Positions 21,602 through 32,300 of a stretch of 64,000 bases of DNA are shown one piece after another. Both the position numbers and the translations under genes were made by a program. Origin of the DNA: Candidatus Dormiibacterota bacterium (lineage in GTDB: Bacteria > Chloroflexota > Dormibacteria > Aeolococcales > Aeolococcaceae); the NCBI GenBank assembly GCA_963709585.1, contig CAVPXI010000006.1:1-64000 (forward strand). Direction: 5' to 3'. Position 1 is the stretch's first letter. Each line of letters begins with the position of its first letter. Under the pieces are notes generated by a model that was given only the letters and a program-made list of their open reading frames with translations, made no database searches and was not told where the DNA came from.

Positions 21602-23353
21602 ATGGCGCTGCATGAGCTGGGACGCGGGCCTGCCCCGCAGGCCCCCTTCTCGGGCCTGTCCGGGGGAGAGCCGGCGGCTGAGGAGACCGCCCTGGTCGAC
21701 GCCGTCGAGGTCTACCACCGGACCTACACGACCATCCTGCGCAGCAGTGGCGAGACCCAGCTGCGCGTCTTCGAGCATTCGCACAAGGCGATGGGATCGA
21801 GCCTGCACCCGCTTGCGGGATCCCTCGAACTCGACCTCGGTGCCCTCCTCTACGCGATCAGGCGGTTGCCCGACGCCATCTTCCGAGCACGTCTCGTGGT
21901 CATGGGCCAGTCGGCCGAGGTTTTCGCCCAGCGGGGATTCCGGCCGTTCAGCGAGTGGACGGAGGTCAGCGCTCCGGGCCGGCGGCGACGCTGGTACGAC
22001 GACGGCGACGGCACCCTCGCGGTGCTCATCGCCAGCGCGTCGGACGTCGACGACCTGATCCCGACCATGGTCGCGCTCCAGATCGAGTTGAACAAGCTCC
22101 AGGTCGCGCTGCGCGGCGCGGCCATCGACCGCCTCGCCGACGCCACCCCGGGAGAGGTCGCTGCTGCGTGCGGCGGCCTCGAGGATGACTGGCTGCAGCT
22201 GTACGAGATCTGGGGCATGGCATTCGGGACGCGGCTCACCCAGATCGCGGAGCACGGCATGGCGCTCCGGGTGCGCATGCTCGGCGGCACCCAGGTCGGC
22301 TACGCGCGGGTGACCCGCCGGTGGTGGCAGCAGGTGACCGGGCTGATGCGCTCCGAGTCACTCCTCGACCGGCCGGTGTACTTCGTGAGCAGCAACTCGC
22401 ACGCGATCGCCAACCTCGTCACCGGGGTCGCGCCGCGCCACGCCGACGAGCTCGCGGCGGCGGTCGATCGCGACGGAGGAGGCGAGTTGCGCGACGAGCT
22501 CCGGCGGTTCCGCGACGGCAGCGCGCAGGGCCACTGGAACAACTTCCTGTACTACGCGGCGCGCGAGCGCCTCCGCCTCCTGCCTGACTCCGGACGAGCC
22601 GCGCTCCGCCGCGAGGAGCGCGAGGCAGGCTCGCTGAACGTCACCAGCCGGACGGCGCTCGACGTCGCCGCGCAGGTCATCCCCCTCGACCGGCTCACCC
22701 CGGCGCACTTCGACGAACGCGTGCTGCCGGTCGATCCGGCCGCCCTCGCCACGAGCCGTGCGGTGATCGTGAACATCGACTATCCGCTCGGGCTCGCCGC
22801 ATACAACATTCTTCGCGAAGTCGCGGAGACGGTCGACCTTCGCGGTGTGTACGTCCTCGGCAAGGCGGCGACGCTCAATGCCGACGTCGGCGATGTGATG
22901 ATCAGCAGTGTCGTCCACGACGAGCACAGCCGATCCACGTACTGGCTCGACAACGCGTTCTCGGTGTCCGACATCGCCCCATACCTGCGCTTCGGCAGCG
23001 GCCTCGATAACCAGCGCGCGGTGAGCGTGAAAGGAACCTTCCTGCAGAATCGCGGCTACCTCGACTTCTACTACCGCGAGGCGTTCACCGTTGTCGAGAT
23101 GGAGGCAGGTCCATACTGCAACGCCGTGTACGAGATGACCCAGCCGGTGCGATATCCGACCGGCGAGCCGGTCAGCTTCTCCAAGCTGCCCATCGATTTC
23201 GGCGTCATCCACTACGCGTCGGACACGCCGTACACGCAGGCGCGCACCCTCGGGGCGCGCGGTCTTTCGTACTTCGGCATGGACTCGACGTACGCGTCGT
23301 CGGTCGCCATCGTGCGGCGCATCGTCGCCCGCGAGGGTGCGGCGGGGCAGTAG
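21602..23353 (+). CDS. Conserved hypothetical protein with a C-terminal nucleoside phosphorylase/nucleosidase-like region; start 21593 or 21602
   Basis: Long ORF with normal codon bias; LGKAATL, GDVMI, VEMEAG, YASD resemble PNP/UDP-fold motifs. Confidence 0.75.
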   Translation: MALHELGRGPAPQAPFSGLSGGEPAAEETALVDAVEVYHRTYTTILRSSGETQLRVFEHSHKAMGSSLHPLAGSLELDLGALLYAIRRLPDAIFRARLVVMGQSAEVFAQRGFRPFSEWTEVSAPGRRRRWYDDGDGTLAVLIASASDVDDLIPTMVALQIELNKLQVALRGAAIDRLADATPGEVAAACGGLEDDWLQLYEIWGMAFGTRLTQIAEHGMALRVRMLGGTQVGYARVTRRWWQQVTGLMRSESLLDRPVYFVSSNSHAIANLVTGVAPRHADELAAAVDRDGGGELRDELRRFRDGSAQGHWNNFLYYAARERLRLLPDSGRAALRREEREAGSLNVTSRTALDVAAQVIPLDRLTPAHFDERVLPVDPAALATSRAVIVNIDYPLGLAAYNILREVAETVDLRGVYVLGKAATLNADVGDVMISSVVHDEHSRSTYWLDNAFSVSDIAPYLRFGSGLDNQRAVSVKGTFLQNRGYLDFYYREAFTVVEMEAGPYCNAVYEMTQPVRYPTGEPVSFSKLPIDFGVIHYASDTPYTQARTLGARGLSYFGMDSTYASSVAIVRRIVAREGAAGQ

Positions 23354-23357
23354 CCGC

Positions 23358-24992
23358 TTGTCCCTGGTCAGCCTCCGCGACGTGGGAGTCGCCTTCGGTG
23401 CCGAGAGCGTGCTCGAAGGTGTCACCTTCCGCGTCGAGACACGCCAGCGCATCGCCGTCGTCGGCGCCAACGGCGCCGGGAAGACGACGCTGCTGACCCT
23501 GATCAGCGGTGCGCGCGAGCCAACTCAGGGTGAGGTCGAATGGCAGCGCGGACTGCGCATCGGCTATCTCCCCCAGGACGCCCCCGAACCGGTCGCCGAG
23601 ACGATCCTCGACGAGGTGATGGCGTCCCGCGAGGACCTCGCCGCGATGCACCACGAGATGACCACCCTGGAGCCACTCCTCGCCGACAGCGCGCGGCCCG
23701 ACGCCGAGAAGCTGCTGCAGCGATACGGGGATGTCCAGCACCGCTACATCGATCAGGGTGGCTACGAGCTCGAGGCAACCGCGCGAGAAGCGCTCGGTGA
23801 ACTCGGCCTCGATACCGAGACGCAGCAACGTCACCCATCGCAGCTGAGCGGTGGACAGAAGCGTCGTCTCGAGCTTGCCAAGCTCCTCGTGCAGGACGCC
23901 GACCTCCTGCTCATCGACGAGCCGACCAACCACCTCGACCTCGCCGCCATCGAGTGGCTCGAGGACTTCATGCGCGGCGTCTCGACAGCCTTCGTGCTCG
24001 TCTCCCACGACCGCCGCTTCCTCGACAACGTCTGCACCGAGGTCATCGAGGTCGCCGGCGGGACGATCGAGGAATATCCGGGCAACTACACGCAGTACAC
24101 CAAGCTCCGGGTCGAGCGGCGCGAGCGGCGGCGGCGCGAGTTCGCGACGCAGAAGGCGTACATCGACCACCAGGAGGAATTCATCCGCAAGTACAAGGCC
24201 GGCCAGCGTGCGCGCGAGGCGCGAGGCCGGCAGACCCGGCTCAACCGCCTCGAGCGGGTCGCACCTCCCACCGTCGACAGAAAGCCGCGCCTGCGCTTCA
24301 GCAGCGCGCCGGCGTCGCGGGTGACCCTCAAGGGCGTCGGCCTCATCATCGGCAGGGATGCGCCGCTGCTGATGCTGCCGCCGCTGACGATCGTGCCCGG
24401 CGAGCGCATTGCTGTTATCGGCCCGAACGGCAGCGGCAAGTCGACGCTGCTGCACACCCTCGCCGGCGATCTCCCGCCGCTCGAGGGCACCCTCACGCTC
24501 GGCCCCCGGAGCGTCCGCCGGCTGTACCGTCAGGATCTCGGTCAGTCGGTCGAGCACGGTGCTGCGGACGTGCCCGCGGGTGAGGACGACCGCAGCGTGC
24601 TCGCCGATCTCCTGGCGACCCACCCGGTCGGCGAGGAGCGCGCCCGCACCCTGCTCGGCTCGCTCCTCTTCAGCGGCGACGACAGCCTCAAGCTCGTCGG
24701 CGACCTGAGCGGTGGCGAGCGGGCGCGTCTCATGATGGGCAAGCTCGCGATCGAGGAGACGAACCTGCTGCTCCTCGACGAGCCCACCAACCACCTCGAC
24801 ATTCCCGCCCAGGAGGTGCTCGAGGGCGCGCTGATCAAGTACCCGGGTGCGATGGTGCTGGTGACCCACGACCGGGCGCTGATCGACGCCGTCGCCACAC
24901 GGACGTGGGCGATCGAGGACGGTGCGATCCGCGAGGTGCTCGGCGGCTACTCGGCGCTGCAGAAGGCACGGGATCGCGAGCGCCGTTCGTGA
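23358..24992 (+). CDS. ABC-F family ATPase
   Basis: Two Walker A motifs, two LSGG signatures, two DEPTNHLD; no TM. Confidence 0.95.
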   Translation: MSLVSLRDVGVAFGAESVLEGVTFRVETRQRIAVVGANGAGKTTLLTLISGAREPTQGEVEWQRGLRIGYLPQDAPEPVAETILDEVMASREDLAAMHHEMTTLEPLLADSARPDAEKLLQRYGDVQHRYIDQGGYELEATAREALGELGLDTETQQRHPSQLSGGQKRRLELAKLLVQDADLLLIDEPTNHLDLAAIEWLEDFMRGVSTAFVLVSHDRRFLDNVCTEVIEVAGGTIEEYPGNYTQYTKLRVERRERRRREFATQKAYIDHQEEFIRKYKAGQRAREARGRQTRLNRLERVAPPTVDRKPRLRFSSAPASRVTLKGVGLIIGRDAPLLMLPPLTIVPGERIAVIGPNGSGKSTLLHTLAGDLPPLEGTLTLGPRSVRRLYRQDLGQSVEHGAADVPAGEDDRSVLADLLATHPVGEERARTLLGSLLFSGDDSLKLVGDLSGGERARLMMGKLAIEETNLLLLDEPTNHLDIPAQEVLEGALIKYPGAMVLVTHDRALIDAVATRTWAIEDGAIREVLGGYSALQKARDRERRS

Positions 24993-25909
24993 CCGGGGCG
25001 GTCGCGCGCCCACGCACTCTCTCGCCGGGGTGGGCGCTGGTCGCAGCCACGATCGCGGTTTCCTTCTCGGCCATCCTCATCAAGGCGGCAGGGGACGACC
25101 CGGCGACCATCGTCTGGCTCCGGATGGGGATGGCCGCCGTGCTGCTCGCTCCATGGATCCTTCGCGATGTCCGGCGCCGCGTGCTGCCGAGAGGATCGAC
25201 GCAGATCGGCTTGGTGATGGTGAGCGGCGTGCTCCTGGCCGGGCACTTCCTGCTCTGGACCGCGTCACTCAAGTACACGTCGATCGCAGCCAGCGTGTTT
25301 CTCGTCTCGCTCCACCCGATCCTCGTGACACCCCTCGGGAAACGCCTGCTCGGAGAACGTGTTTCCCGCCGGATGCTCACCGGGGGCGGGCTCGCGATCA
25401 TCGGCATGCTCGTGACCTGCGCCGGCGACCTCCGGGTCGAGAGCAGCGCGTTCGGTGGTGACCTGCTCGCCATCGCGGGCGGGCTCTGCCTCGCCGGGTA
25501 CCTGCTCATCGGACGCAGCGTCCGCGCCGATCTCGGTGTCGCCGGATACTCCGCGATCGTGTACGCGGTGGTATGCGTCATCGCCGCCCTGACGGCGGTG
25601 GCCGGCGGCGTCGCGCATCTCCCCTCGCCGAGGGTGGCGCTCGCCTGCTTCGGTCTCGCGGTGGTCTGCACCATCGGCGGACACACCGTGTACAACTGGG
25701 CACTTCGCCATGTCCCAGTGCTCCTCGTCTCGGTCTCGTTCCTCGGAGAGCCGCCGCTCGCCGCGCTCCTCGCCTTCCTCATCCTCGCGTTCGTGCCGTC
25801 GCTCGCCACCGTTGCCGGCGGAGTGCTGATCCTCGCCGGGCTCGCGCTGGCGCTGGTCGAGCCCGGGACGCAATCCGAACGGCCCGCCGACATCGCCATC
25901 GCCCAATGA
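24989..25909 (+). CDS. EamA/DMT family transporter
   Basis: About 10 TM segments, GDLLA and GHTVYNWAL motifs; GTGA coupling. Confidence 0.9.
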   Translation: MTGAVARPRTLSPGWALVAATIAVSFSAILIKAAGDDPATIVWLRMGMAAVLLAPWILRDVRRRVLPRGSTQIGLVMVSGVLLAGHFLLWTASLKYTSIAASVFLVSLHPILVTPLGKRLLGERVSRRMLTGGGLAIIGMLVTCAGDLRVESSAFGGDLLAIAGGLCLAGYLLIGRSVRADLGVAGYSAIVYAVVCVIAALTAVAGGVAHLPSPRVALACFGLAVVCTIGGHTVYNWALRHVPVLLVSVSFLGEPPLAALLAFLILAFVPSLATVAGGVLILAGLALALVEPGTQSERPADIAIAQ

Positions 25910-26880
25910 CGGCGCTCGCCGCCTGCGGACATCCGAGCACCCAGGCGGAGACGCTCTTCGATGCCAGGGATCCTGCGACCGGGGACGCGTTCCTGATCGT
26001 CCGCTGCCGCCGCTGCCACCTGGCGCAGACCGCCCCGGCCCCCTCCGATGCGGAGCTCGACAGGTACTACCCGCAGGGGTACCACAGCACGACCAGGCGG
26101 TACCGCGGCGGCATGGACCGCGTCCTCTCGATGGTCCATCGCAGCCGCATCCGGACCATCGAGCGGCTGCTCGGCGGCACCGGAAGCGTGCTGGACATCG
26201 GCTGCGGCCCCGGGGTGTTGATCAATCAGATGCGCTCACGGGGCTGGCGGGTTCGCGGCACCGAACGATCCCCGTCAGCAGCGCACCAGGCGCGCGACGT
26301 GTTCCACCTTGACGTCAGCGCGGTGGATGTCGACGAGCTGGTGGCGGACGGCGTCACCTACGACGCGGTGATCCTCTGGCACGTCGCCGAGCATCTCCAT
26401 GTCCCGGGCGAGACCGTGCGCGGCATCGCTCGCATCCTGCGTCCCGGAGGGGTCCTGCTCATCGCCGTCCCCAACTTCGCCTCCCCGGAGGCGAGGATCG
26501 GACGCGCCGGCTGGTTCCACCTCGACGTGCCACGGCACCTCGTGCACCTCACGCCGTCGACGCTGCGGGCGATCCTCGGCTCGGCCGGGTTCCGTCCGGT
26601 CAAGGTCACCCACCTGGTCCCCGAATACGACCTCTTCAGCTTCGTGCAGACGGCCGAGAACCGCCTGGGACTACCCCCGAACCTTCTCTACGACGTGCTG
26701 CGCAGACCCGAGGCTCGGTTGCGGCGGCAGCAGAGCAGTCGCCTGCTGGCGGGTGTCGCGGTCGGCCTCGCCGTCCCGCTGAGCATTGCCGCCGCCGTCA
26801 TCGCACCGCTGGCTGCGGCTGCGCGGCGCAGCGCGACCATCGCCGTGTATGCGGTGCGCATTCCCGATCAGCGCGAGTAG
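25906..26880 (+). CDS. Class I SAM-dependent methyltransferase (glycan-locus type)
   Basis: CRRC, VLDIGCGPG, WHVAEHL, PRHL; ATGA coupling. Confidence 0.9.
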   Translation: MTALAACGHPSTQAETLFDARDPATGDAFLIVRCRRCHLAQTAPAPSDAELDRYYPQGYHSTTRRYRGGMDRVLSMVHRSRIRTIERLLGGTGSVLDIGCGPGVLINQMRSRGWRVRGTERSPSAAHQARDVFHLDVSAVDVDELVADGVTYDAVILWHVAEHLHVPGETVRGIARILRPGGVLLIAVPNFASPEARIGRAGWFHLDVPRHLVHLTPSTLRAILGSAGFRPVKVTHLVPEYDLFSFVQTAENRLGLPPNLLYDVLRRPEARLRRQQSSRLLAGVAVGLAVPLSIAAAVIAPLAAAARRSATIAVYAVRIPDQRE

Positions 26881-27662
26881 CGGCGCGAGCGGAGCCCGAG
26901 GCGGTGGAGCACGAAGCGATTCACCGTCCACACCGTCTTCAGCCCGTAGATGAGCGAGACACGGAAGTTCACCGACGACGCATCCTCGAAGTACTTGGTG
27001 GTGACCGGAACCTCCGCAACCTTGAACTTGAACGAGGCGGCCTGGGTGAGGATCTGCGTGTCGAAGACGAAATCGTTCGAGTTGCGCAGGAACGGCACGG
27101 TGGTCAGGAACTTGCGGCTGTACGCGCGGTAGCCGGTGTGATACTCGGTGAGCCCCAGCCCCAGCACGCGATTCTCATAGCCGGTCAGGAAGCGGTTGGC
27201 AAGGCGCTTCCACCACGGCATGCCACCCGCGCGGGCCCCGCCGGGATTGAGAAAGCGTGATCCGAGCACGACATCGGCGCGTCCGCTGCGGATCACCTCG
27301 ACCATGTCGTTGAGGATCGCGGGATCGTACTGACCGTCCGGGTGGAGCATCACGATCACATCGGCGCCGTCGCGGAGTGCCTCGATGTAGCAGGTCTTCT
27401 GGTTGGCCCCGTAGCCCGCATTGTGGGGATGCGAGATGACCACGAGATCGAGCGACGCTGCCAGCGCCGCGGTGCCGTCGCGGCTCCCGTCATCGACCAG
27501 GATGATCGTATCGACAACGCCGGGTGGGATTCTCGCCAGGGTTGTCTCGAGCGTCTTGGCCGCGTTGTACGCGGGCATCACGACTACGGTTCGCAACGAC
27601 TCGATCGAACCCCGGCCGGTGCGGCCCGTGCGATTCTGCTGCGCAGTGTCTGGCAACTGCAT
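26868..27662 (-). CDS. GT2 glycosyltransferase (DPM1-like)
   Basis: MPAYNAA, VDDGSRD, HPDGQY, GSRF, TGYRAY. Confidence 0.92.
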   Translation of the reverse strand: MQLPDTAQQNRTGRTGRGSIESLRTVVVMPAYNAAKTLETTLARIPPGVVDTIILVDDGSRDGTAALAASLDLVVISHPHNAGYGANQKTCYIEALRDGADVIVMLHPDGQYDPAILNDMVEVIRSGRADVVLGSRFLNPGGARAGGMPWWKRLANRFLTGYENRVLGLGLTEYHTGYRAYSRKFLTTVPFLRNSNDFVFDTQILTQAASFKFKVAEVPVTTKYFEDASSVNFRVSLIYGLKTVWTVNRFVLHRLGLRSRRYSR

Positions 27663-27756
27663 CCATCCCTTGGGGCCAGCACCAACGCGGTGTTGGCGCG
27701 TTTGGCCTCTTTCGGCCTTTGATGATACCGCATCGCCACCGAGCTTCTCGCGAGGC

Positions 27757-28765
27757 TCAGCCGGCGCGCAGCGGCTTGTAGTTGCGCTGGTAGAACTCCC
27801 AGAACTCGCCGGACTTGAGCGGTCGCCACCACTCCTCGTGTTCCACAAACCAGGCGACAGTCCGCTCGATGCCGGTCTCGAAGCTGAGAGTCGGACGCCA
27901 GCCGAGCCCGGAAAGACGGGTCGAGTTCGAGCGCATAGCGGCGGTCGTGGCCGAGACGGTCGCGAACGAATTGCTTCAGCGATCCGGGCTTGCCGAGCAG
28001 ACGCAGCACGGTGTCGGCGACGGTGATGCCGTCGGTCTCACCGCCGGCGCCGATGTTGTAGTCCATGCCCGCGACTCCGTGGCGAAGCGCGCAGTCGATG
28101 CCGCGAGCGTGGTCCTCCACGTAGAGATAGTCGCGAACCGCACGCCCATCACCGTAGATCGGCAACGGACGATCGTCGATCGCGTTGGTGATGAACAGCG
28201 GGATGATCTTCTCCGGGTACTGATAGGGACCGTAGGTGTTCGAGCCGCGGGTGACGATCGCCGGGAATCCGTATGACGTGCGGTACGCCTGGACCTGCAG
28301 CTCAGCGCCCGCCTTGCTCGCGCTGTACGGGCTCCGGGGTTGCAGCGCGTCGCCCTCGACACTCATCCCGCTGTTGACCTCGCCGTAGACCTCGTCGGTG
28401 CTCACCTGGACGAAGCGCTCGTGTCCGAACTCGCGCGCGGCGTCCATGAGCACGAACGTGCCGTAGACATCGGTGAGGATGAACTGCCCCGGTGCCTCGA
28501 GCGAACGGTCGACGTGCAACTCCGCCGCGAAGTTGACGATGACGTCGACATCGGCGGCAAGGCCGCGTACCGTCACCGGGTCGCAGATGTCCCCACGGAC
28601 GAAGCGAAATCGCCTGTCGTCCCGGACCGAGTCGAGGTTGCGCTCGTTGCCCGCGTAGGTGAGCTTGTCGAGGACGACCACGGAGTCCTCGGGATGCTCG
28701 CGAAGTGTCATGCGGACGAATTCACTGCCGATGAAGCCGGCTCCACCAGTCACCAACAGGCGCAC
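27757..28765 (-). CDS. rfbB: dTDP-glucose 4,6-dehydratase; apparent +1 frameshift at 27926-27927
   Basis: TGGAGFIG, STDEVYG, YSASK, GHDRRYA; removing one base restores LGWRP...GIERTVAWF...WWRPLK. Confidence 0.93.
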
Positions 28766-28766
28766 G

Positions 28767-29297
28767 TCAGATGTTCTCGATCGTCCAGTCGAAACCGATG
28801 CGTGGATCGTTCCAGGCGATGCGACCCTCGTCGGGATCAGCGCTGCTGTACGGCTCGGTGACGTAGTAGTTGAGGATCACGTCGCGCTGCGAGACGCACT
28901 GATACCCGTGCGCAACCAGTGGCGGGATGGCGACCATCCGCGGCGCGTTCTCACCGAGCATCACCGACTGGATCCGTCCGGCAGTCGGCGAATCGTGGCG
29001 CAGGTCGACGAGCACGACCCGAGCGTCGCCCTGGACGATGTCCCAGTAGTCCCACTGGCGCCTGTGCCAGTGGAAGGCCTTGATCAGCTCGGGCGGGTTG
29101 CCGCCGCGGGCGTAGGCGAGGCTCCTCGACATCTGGGCGAACTGCTGATCCGGGAGGAACGGCCGTCCATCGTCATCGAGATCGCCCCGTTTCAACTGCT
29201 CGATGAAGTAGCCACGCTGGTCGGTCCACTTCTTGAAGGTCTTGAGCATGACGCCGTCGATCCGGCCGATCCGCTCGGCCGGAGGGCGCGAAGCCAT
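28767..29297 (-). CDS. rfbC: dTDP-4-dehydrorhamnose 3,5-epimerase family
   Basis: DQRGYF, VDLRHDSPT, IPPLVAHGY, WNDPRIGFDW. Confidence 0.88.
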   Translation of the reverse strand: MASRPPAERIGRIDGVMLKTFKKWTDQRGYFIEQLKRGDLDDDGRPFLPDQQFAQMSRSLAYARGGNPPELIKAFHWHRRQWDYWDIVQGDARVVLVDLRHDSPTAGRIQSVMLGENAPRMVAIPPLVAHGYQCVSQRDVILNYYVTEPYSSADPDEGRIAWNDPRIGFDWTIENI

Positions 29298-29347
29298 GGT
29301 GTTCAGCACCCCTTCCATCTCGGGGAGCAATGCCATCCATGCCACAG

Positions 29348-32300
29348 CTACTGGAACCAGCCCTCCAAATCGAGGATCGCGTTGGCGCTACCGGCACCGT
29401 TGTACAGGTATACGTCGCCGTCGTGCGCGTCGGACGCAACGGTGTCGACCGTGACGACTGCCAGGTTGGGCACGACCGCGCCGGCGCCGAGGTTGAGGTC
29501 AGAGACCCCCGGCGGACTCGACAGGTTCGCCGGGTAGAGAGCCAGGTACGTCGCCGCCGTTGGGGCTACTCCGGTCAAGTTGGCGATGATCGCGACCACC
29601 GTGGTGGCACCGCCGAAGGTGGGCACGCCGGCATGCCCGGAGACGGTGAGCAGTCGCTGGAGCGCGGTGCCGGCAGCGATGGCACCCGGGGCGCAGGACG
29701 TCGAGGCAAAGCGCGTGTCGCAGATCCGGATCGGTGAGAGTGCCTGGTACTGGTATCCGACCGGGCTCGCCGTCGCTGTCCCGCTCCCGTACCAGCCGTT
29801 GGCGTCGACGATGACATTGATCGTACCGACTGCGTTGAACACGCAGAGCGCAACATCGAGCCCGCCGCTGGTCGCCGTCGGACCGAGCTGAACCATCACC
29901 CGGTTTGCCGCCACGGCACCGGGAAGGAGGTTGATCGTTGATGTCCCAGTCGGATGGCAGTTACCGCTCGAGTTGGTCGGGAAGAGGCTGAGATAGGTCG
30001 AGGCGCTCCCCGCCACGCCGGTGAGGTTCACCACCGCCGCGCCGGCTGTCCCATCACTGGGGATCCCGCCAGTGGTGGCGACCGTCACCACGATCGATTG
30101 TCCTGGACCGACGGCGACGTTGCTTTCACAGGATTTGCGCGTGTCGCAGACCCGGACCGGCGTGATCGGGTGGAAGAGTCCCTGGAAGACACTCGGCAGC
30201 TGAGGCGTGAAATATCCCTCGACATCGGCCAGGACATTCACGCTGCCCAGAGCGTTGTAGATGTTCACGGCGCCCCCGGTGCCCAGGGTCACGGTGACCA
30301 GGTTGGATATGACCTTGCCCGGCGGGAAGTTCAGGTTGGAGACGACCGGCCTCGTGCCGGGTCCGAACGGATACACGGTGAGCAGGCTGCTCGCCGTACC
30401 CGCGACCTCGGTCACGTTCAGCACCACCGCGGTGGCTGTGGTGGGGATCGGGTCGGTGACCGACAGCCCGGTCACGCCGGTCAGCTGGAGCTTCTCGGTG
30501 ACCCCCGGCCCGAAGGTCGGGTTGGTCGAACACTGGACGCAGGTTCCGGTACGCGTATCGAGGATGCGGAACGGCGGGACCGTCGTGTAGTTGGAGAGCC
30601 CGAGGTACGTGTACAGCGAGGCGGCGTCCTCGACGCTGGACCCGGCGGGGTCGGTTGCCTGGACCTGCACGGTCGTCGTCGCTGTTGAACCGCTCGGCGG
30701 AGGCACCAGCGTGAACGACGTAGGAGTTAGATTACCGATGGTGATCGGCGATCCGTTGAACGTGGCCGTCGTGTGCTCACCGAAGTCGGTTCCGTCAACA
30801 GTCACCGTCTGTCCACCGACGCCCGGGCCGTATGCGGCGTTCAGTGACGTGATCGCCGGCGGGGCAAGCGTGACCAGTGAGACGTCGCTGCCCCAGCACA
30901 GGGTGGCGGGTGTGCAGAAGCTCGAGGTGGCCCCATCCTCCGCCTCGGAGGCGACCCACACGTGTTTCGGATTGGTCGGGTCCTGGGCCGCGCCGGAATA
31001 GTCACCCCACCGGCATGCGTTGGACGAGTTGATCGTTTGGCAAACGCCTGACGGAGGGTTGTAGAAGCTCGAACTTGTGTGCAGTGTCTGGAAGGCGCTC
31101 AGGGTCGATCCGCCCGCTGCAATCGTGGCATCCACAATCGATGGGAACGCAGAGCTCGACGACTCGTCGAACACCGTGAACACATTTCCAGACGAGTTAA
31201 GGCTCACCGAAGGATAGAACAGGGAACTCATGCTCACGCCGACGTTGTTGATCTGGGTGATTGCAGAGACGTTGCCGCTGGTATCGGCGGGCACTCCGAC
31301 GTAGTTCAGGCATGATCGCGGCGTGGTATCGGGAGCAGTGGTGCACTCCGTGCCGTCTGCCGTCCAGATCATTCCGTTGCCCCACACTGCGTTGAGAAAG
31401 CGATCGTCGTCGGTGTTGAGGGTGGTGCTCGTGCCGCTCTGCTGCGCGGGAGGAGTGCCGAAATACGTGCCGTCCACAAGAGTGGGCGCCATGGTCAGGA
31501 AATTCGGGGTGACCACAACACTGGCGCTGCTCGGGTTCCCGGTGATCGCATCGACCTCGATCTGCGGTGTTGTACACACCGTGGGAGCACAGTCGGATTC
31601 GTTCGTGACCACGTACTGCGTCGCTGTCGATGCCAATGACTGAACCGGCTGCGGCGCGAACGCCGTATCCTGGAAGTCGGCGTCTGCGAGACCTCCGATG
31701 TTGAGTTCGAAATCGACCTTCTGCAGGATGTCAACGTCGCTTCCGAGGAAGTTACCGGAGCAGTCGTAATCATCCCAGGTGACGGTCACCAGGTTGTTCG
31801 AAATACCCAGTCCGGGCTGATCTCCCACGAGCGTTCCGAGTGTGGCGAACGGCAGACTGTAAACGAGCCAGCTGCTGAAGGGGAGCGGATTCGATGATGC
31901 CGACACTGCGATCAAGACAGGTGAGGCAAAGTTGCTGCAGGAAAAGGGGTTGGGGGCTTCACTGATCGTGAGCCACCACCGCTGTGAGCGCGCGTCGTAG
32001 ATGATGCGTGGATCGGTGGCGAAGTGCGCACCGTCGACGCTCAGGAATGAGTTGAGGTCGGCGGTGCCGCCTGAGATCAGCGTCCCCGCGCGGTTGTACA
32101 CGTAGATTGAAGAGTTCACGGTCTCGACGATGTCGCTGGGGCCCACAGCAACGTCCGTATCCGGCGGCGCCACCAGCTGATCGTTGCCGTGAAAGGCGAC
32201 GCCGAGCACCTGAGATGCTCCGCCGAACCCGCTGAGCTTGTCACTTGCTGCGATCAACGGGGCGGAGCCCGCGGTCGACCCGCTGCTGCCGAGAGCGCCG

